Assembly (NCBI GenBank): GCA_041686025.1 | Contig: JAWLEP010000045.1 | Location: 1 to 19,498 of the forward strand | DNA: 19,498 nt | Direction: 5' to 3' | Source: Candidatus Fermentibacteraceae bacterium | Lineage (GTDB): Bacteria; Fermentibacterota; Fermentibacteria; Fermentibacterales; JCC-6 | Shown here: positions 15,913 to 19,498 of the stretch, piece after piece | Numbering within the stretch: position 1 is the stretch's first letter | How the letters are laid out: every line of letters begins with the position of its first letter | Made by a program: the position numbers and the translations under genes | The notes under the pieces: model-generated | Database searches by the model: none | What the model was told of the DNA's origin: nothing | What the model saw: the letters and a program-made list of their open reading frames with translations, nothing else

Positions 15913-16851
15913 TTGGAGCAGGGGCCCACAGTACTCCTGCGCGCAATCGGCCTGCCCCGGGGAGCCGGGGGCCGGGGGCCGGCGGACCTGGCCGTTCTGG
16001 GGGGCTCCGCCCTGCTCATGCTGGGGGACCCGTCATCCGCCGCCTCCCGGCTGATGGCCGTGATGGCGGGAGGGGCCACAACAGCAGGGAGCCGCGTCCT
16101 GGTGGGGAGCCGAAAGCTGCCGGTGCACACCTCCGAAGCCGCCAGGTACGTGGGGTACGTCCCGCCGGACCCCTGCTGCCCCGGCCATGTCACCCCGCGG
16201 TCGCACCTCTCCCTGGTTGCCGCCTGCCGCGGCATAGGCGGCAGGACGGCGGCCAGGACCATATCCGACCTGCTGCAGTGGTGCCTGCTGGGGGAGAGGG
16301 CGGATACGCCATGGCGGGAGCTGGACCGTGACCACCGCAGCGCTCTGGCCATAGCCTCCGCCCTCCTGGGCAACCCCCAGGTGCTGCTGGCCGACCGTCC
16401 CGTCCCCCCCTTCCTGCTGGGCAGGCTGTCCGACCTGAAGGAGCTGGGAAGGGCCCTGGTGATCAGGGCCTGCGGAGTTGAAGGCATTCCGCCGGCGGTG
16501 GACAGGGTGGCGGTCTGCGACGGGGAGGGTGTGGCCGCCGTGGTCCGCCGCACCGACCTGGCGGGGCTCTGCAGGCGCATGTCCACCATCCGCGTGGGCT
16601 TCTACCCCTCCCTGCCCCGGAAGGTGATGGAACAGCTTCCGGGGGCGGCGGGGATCAGATCCCATGCCGAGGGCTACAGCTTCTCGCACCCCGACACCTC
16701 CGCGGCGCTGGTGCACCTCTCGGGCATGGCCAGGGCCAATGCCAGGACCATAGCCTCGCTGCAGGTGCTGCCGCCGGAGACGAGCTTCCTGGCCCGGAAC
16801 CTGGCCCCCGGGCCGGAATCCGACAGGACCCTCTTCGACGGGGAGGACTGA
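15913..16851 (+). CDS. Degenerate ABC-type ATPase-like protein (DrrA/ABC-2 exporter NBD architecture, catalytic motifs replaced)
   Basis: Recognisable NBD scaffold VGYVP...VTPRSHLSLVAACRGI...DLLQWCLLGERADTPWRELDRDHRSALAIASALLGNPQVLLADRP...VDRVAV, but no GxxGxGKT, no LSGGQ and no DE at Walker B; TTG start 3 nt after the upstream stop. Confidence 0.7.
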   Translation: MEQGPTVLLRAIGLPRGAGGRGPADLAVLGGSALLMLGDPSSAASRLMAVMAGGATTAGSRVLVGSRKLPVHTSEAARYVGYVPPDPCCPGHVTPRSHLSLVAACRGIGGRTAARTISDLLQWCLLGERADTPWRELDRDHRSALAIASALLGNPQVLLADRPVPPFLLGRLSDLKELGRALVIRACGVEGIPPAVDRVAVCDGEGVAAVVRRTDLAGLCRRMSTIRVGFYPSLPRKVMEQLPGAAGIRSHAEGYSFSHPDTSAALVHLSGMARANARTIASLQVLPPETSFLARNLAPGPESDRTLFDGED

Positions 16852-16853
16852 CC

Positions 16854-17555
16854 GTGCGCCTGCTGCTGCTGGCTGCCGGCTGGCACCTCCGCTGGCTGCG
16901 GTGGAGGCCGGCCCAGCTGCTGCTGCTCCCCGGGGGCGTGCTGCTGGCCCTGATGGCCGACCGCTCCGGCAGCCCCGCCGCCCAGGCGGCCTCCTTCGTG
17001 GCCCCCGCCGTCATCGTGGCCATGACCCTGGGCTGGAACGACAGCCGGCTCCGGAGCTACCTCCGCTCCACGGCGTCGCGGCGGTCGGGGGCCCTCCTGA
17101 GGATCGCCCTGGAGGGATGGCTGCTGCCCCTGGCGGCGGCGATGGCCCTCGCGGAGGCCGTGGTCACCTCAATGTCGGCGGCCGGGATGGTGGATCTCCG
17201 CTGGCAGTCCCACCTGACCCTGGCCTTCACGGCCCTGGCGGCGGCATCGGCCATGGCCTTCACACGCGGTCGCAGACAGAAGATAGCCGCCTCCTTCATC
17301 GGCGCCCTGCTGGTGCTGCAGCTGCTTCTCCCCCCGGGAGACGCCCCGGTGGCCGAGCTGCTGCTTCCCACCGCGTGGCCGGCGCTGTCCATGGCCGCGG
17401 GGGAGGGGTCGGGGGCCGCCTTCCACGCCGATATCTACATGGGGCTCTCCATGCTTCTGGGGGTGGGCGTGTCAGTGGCGCTGGGAAGGCGCGGCCTGGC
17501 CAGGCCGGAGGTGCCTCAGCTATCGGCGCCCTCCCCCGAGACCCAGGGGGGGTAG
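16854..17555 (+). CDS. Hypothetical integral membrane protein (about 6 TM; possible divergent ABC-2 permease)
   Basis: GTG start 2 nt after the NBD-like gene; several hydrophobic helices; size and a late LLPTAW motif followed by a final helix resemble ABC-2 permeases. Confidence 0.6.
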   Translation: MRLLLLAAGWHLRWLRWRPAQLLLLPGGVLLALMADRSGSPAAQAASFVAPAVIVAMTLGWNDSRLRSYLRSTASRRSGALLRIALEGWLLPLAAAMALAEAVVTSMSAAGMVDLRWQSHLTLAFTALAAASAMAFTRGRRQKIAASFIGALLVLQLLLPPGDAPVAELLLPTAWPALSMAAGEGSGAAFHADIYMGLSMLLGVGVSVALGRRGLARPEVPQLSAPSPETQGG

Positions 17556-18007
17556 ACGCTCCCGCCGCTTCCGGCTATGGGCCGGGCGTCGCAGACCCTT
17601 TCGAAGAAGTCCTCCGGGCCGGCCCCACCCACTACGGCGTACCCGTAGCCCTGCTGTCTCATCCGCCGCAGGCAGGAGATCACCAGGACCCGTCCCAGGC
17701 CCTTGCCCCTGTGGACCTCGAAGACCCCCACAGGTCCCAGGAAGCCCAGGGCGGCGGCGTCCCAGCAGCAGAAGCCCATGGGCTCTCCGGTCTTCCGCCC
17801 GAAGGCGGCCACCATTGTGGGGGGCATGGCGGAGAGGCAGACCCGGGCCTCGGAGCCCCAGCCCTCTCCGAACTCGCTGCGGATCCGCGCAAGCAGCGCC
17901 GCGGCGGCGCAGGCCGCCGGGCGGTCCACCAGCACGCCCCCGGGAGGCTCTGGCCGCTCGGGCAGGCGGTAGAGGGGCACCAGCAGGTCCCTCAGGTCAG
18001 CCACCAC
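17516..18007 (-). CDS. GNAT family N-acetyltransferase
   Basis: FLGPVGVFEVHRGKGLGRVLV acetyl-CoA motif A; GYGYAVVGGAGPEDFF; N-terminal DLLVPLYRLP. Start is 18007 or 18004. Confidence 0.88.
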   Translation of the reverse strand: MVADLRDLLVPLYRLPERPEPPGGVLVDRPAACAAAALLARIRSEFGEGWGSEARVCLSAMPPTMVAAFGRKTGEPMGFCCWDAAALGFLGPVGVFEVHRGKGLGRVLVISCLRRMRQQGYGYAVVGGAGPEDFFERVCDARPIAGSGGSVYPPWVSGEGADS

Positions 18008-19154
18008 CCTCGGCGGTGATCAGGTCCCGCAGCGGGCCCACCAGATCGCTCCCGGTGAGGGCGGAGACCAGAGACAGCACCAGCCCCGCGGCGATTACCA
18101 TCATCAGTATGGCCTTGAACCAGTCCTGGCCCTTGATGGATGCCAGCTGCCTGGGCTCGCGGCCCAGGTAGGCGCTGGCGGCGTACAGCTCCTCGCCTAT
18201 CAGCGTGTAGTCGCAGGTGGTGATGAAAAAGGGAAGCTGCGTCACCGCATCGGTCCCGGCGATCTGTATCGCTCCCGAGAGGGAGCCGGTCTCGGCCAGT
18301 ATCAGGCTCTCGGCCCAGAACATGCCCAGGTAGAAGTTGGTGGCCGGCTTCTGTCGGGCCATGATGCCGTTGACCCCGGCCACATAGGCGAACTGGCTCT
18401 GGGTGAGGAAGAAGACCGAGTCCTCGTCGAAGGAGTCGGGCCGGCCGGCCTCCATGTACGCCTGCTTCACCGTCTCCTCGGCCACGGTGTAGACTATCGG
18501 GTCGGCGGTGGGCACCATCAGCGGGGTCTGGTACTCGGCCACCTTCTTGGCCACCCGGCCCAGTATGGTGAGGCTGGCGATGGTGGCCACGTCCGAGATG
18601 GTGGAGAGCCCGGGGACGTAGAGTATGGGCTTGCCCATCTCGGTGGCCCGGCCGATGGCCTCGTCTATGGCCTCTATGCCGGGGATGGGCCGCAGGTAGA
18701 GCCGGTCGCCGCGCTGGGCGCGGCTGAAGAAGTAGAGGATCAGCCCCACGAACAGAACGCACGCCAGAAGCACCTGCACCTGCCCGATGTCGAACCACTG
18801 CCCGGTGGCCACCACGGGGGAGGCGTAGGGGGCGGAGACCAGCGTGTCGCCGGCGGCTGTGACCCAGCGGATGCGGTAGCTGTAGGGCACTCCCGGCTCC
18901 ACGGGAAAGTCAGGGTCCAGGCCGTCCTCCAGCATCCCCTCCCGGAAGGGAGGGTAGCGGACCATCACGTCGCTGTACCGCATGCCGTCGGTGCTGCGCT
19001 GCAGAACAACGTAGGTGGCCTCCTGCAGCTCCTCCATTCCCCGCAGCTCCACCAGCAGGCCCTCGCCGGCGTCGTTGGGAACGTCGTGGACCGCCTCGAT
19101 CCCCGGACCCGCCGGCGCGGCGAGATAAGCGGCCAGCAGCAGCCCGATCATCAT
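17997..19154 (-). CDS. Membrane protein with signal peptide, FN3/Ig-like extracellular domain and DUF6754-like C-terminal domain
   Basis: N-terminal hydrophobic signal; DVPNDAG...YSYRIRW beta-rich domain; TM helix; then LRPIPGIEAIDEAIGRATEMGKPILYVPG...ESLILAETG...QIAGT...QLPFFITTCDYTLIGEELYAASAYL, which I recognise as DUF6754-type. Confidence 0.8.
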   Translation of the reverse strand: MMIGLLLAAYLAAPAGPGIEAVHDVPNDAGEGLLVELRGMEELQEATYVVLQRSTDGMRYSDVMVRYPPFREGMLEDGLDPDFPVEPGVPYSYRIRWVTAAGDTLVSAPYASPVVATGQWFDIGQVQVLLACVLFVGLILYFFSRAQRGDRLYLRPIPGIEAIDEAIGRATEMGKPILYVPGLSTISDVATIASLTILGRVAKKVAEYQTPLMVPTADPIVYTVAEETVKQAYMEAGRPDSFDEDSVFFLTQSQFAYVAGVNGIMARQKPATNFYLGMFWAESLILAETGSLSGAIQIAGTDAVTQLPFFITTCDYTLIGEELYAASAYLGREPRQLASIKGQDWFKAILMMVIAAGLVLSLVSALTGSDLVGPLRDLITAEGGG

Positions 19155-19498
19155 TCCCCGGCCCGCCTCGTACCCATGTACTCATCCCCTATCAGCACCT
19201 TGCTCATCACCTCTATGTCCTCCCTCAGATGCCAGCCCACCCTGCGGTAGAAGTCGATGGCCGGGTTGTCTGCGTAGATGAAGAGGTGGGCCTTCTCTAT
19301 GCCCGCCTCTCTCAGGCTCTCCTCGGCCCGCTCCATAAGAAGCCTGCCCAGGCCCTCCCCCTGCCTGCCGGGGTCCACGGCCAGGTGGTAGACGTAGCCC
19401 CTCCTGCCGTCGGTGCCGGCCATAACAGAGCCCACCACCTGCCCGTCCTCCTCTGCAGTGTAGCAGAAGCGGCCGTTGCGGCCCAGAAAAGCCCGGAA
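19151..19498 (-). CDS. GNAT family N-acetyltransferase (YpeA-like), 5' end beyond the window
   Basis: Frame is open to the window edge (FRAFLGRNGRFCYTAEEDGQVVG...); GTDGRRGYVYHLAVDPGRQGEGLG and NPAIDFYRRVGW; stop overlaps the next ATG (ATGA). Confidence 0.9.
   Translation of the reverse strand, partial: FRAFLGRNGRFCYTAEEDGQVVGSVMAGTDGRRGYVYHLAVDPGRQGEGLGRLLMERAEESLREAGIEKAHLFIYADNPAIDFYRRVGWHLREDIEVMSKVLIGDEYMGTRRAGE

Noticed and set aside
14811..16331. 506-aa plus-strand ORF and other long overlapping ORFs (e.g. 2324-3613, 6031-7368, 10056-11474, 16901-18019)
   Set aside because: Alternative-frame or antisense shadows of well-supported genes with biased composition and no motifs.
15913..16851. 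Calling the ABC-like gene a pseudogene
   Set aside because: No internal stop, frameshift or truncation, and spacing to both neighbours is tight; kept as a CDS pending dN/dS.

Overview
High-GC bacterial chromosomal window with about 18 tightly packed genes, many coupled by overlapping stop/start codons. Left: RND membrane-fusion lipoprotein, a stand-alone cNMP-binding protein and a sulfite-oxidase-family molybdopterin oxidoreductase. Centre (2356-11894): a probable cell-envelope glycan or lipid tailoring cluster with three cobalamin-binding radical SAM enzymes, three GT2 glycosyltransferases, an unknown membrane protein and an AI-2E/PerM transporter. Right: clpB, a divergent Gfo/Idh/MocA dehydrogenase, an ABC-ATPase-like protein with its catalytic motifs replaced plus a membrane partner, then two GNAT acetyltransferases flanking a DUF6754-like membrane protein. 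The most striking non-coding signal is an AT-rich 30-bp repeat (AAATAGTTGACTAGTTGACGTCTGACCCTG) present four times at two convergent-gene junctions: a perfect inverted pair at 2288-2375 and a direct pair at 8544-8623. One copy supplies the last codons and stop of the AI-2E gene. No rRNA, tRNA, CRISPR array or transposase was seen. All family assignments come from motif recognition by eye, not database searches.
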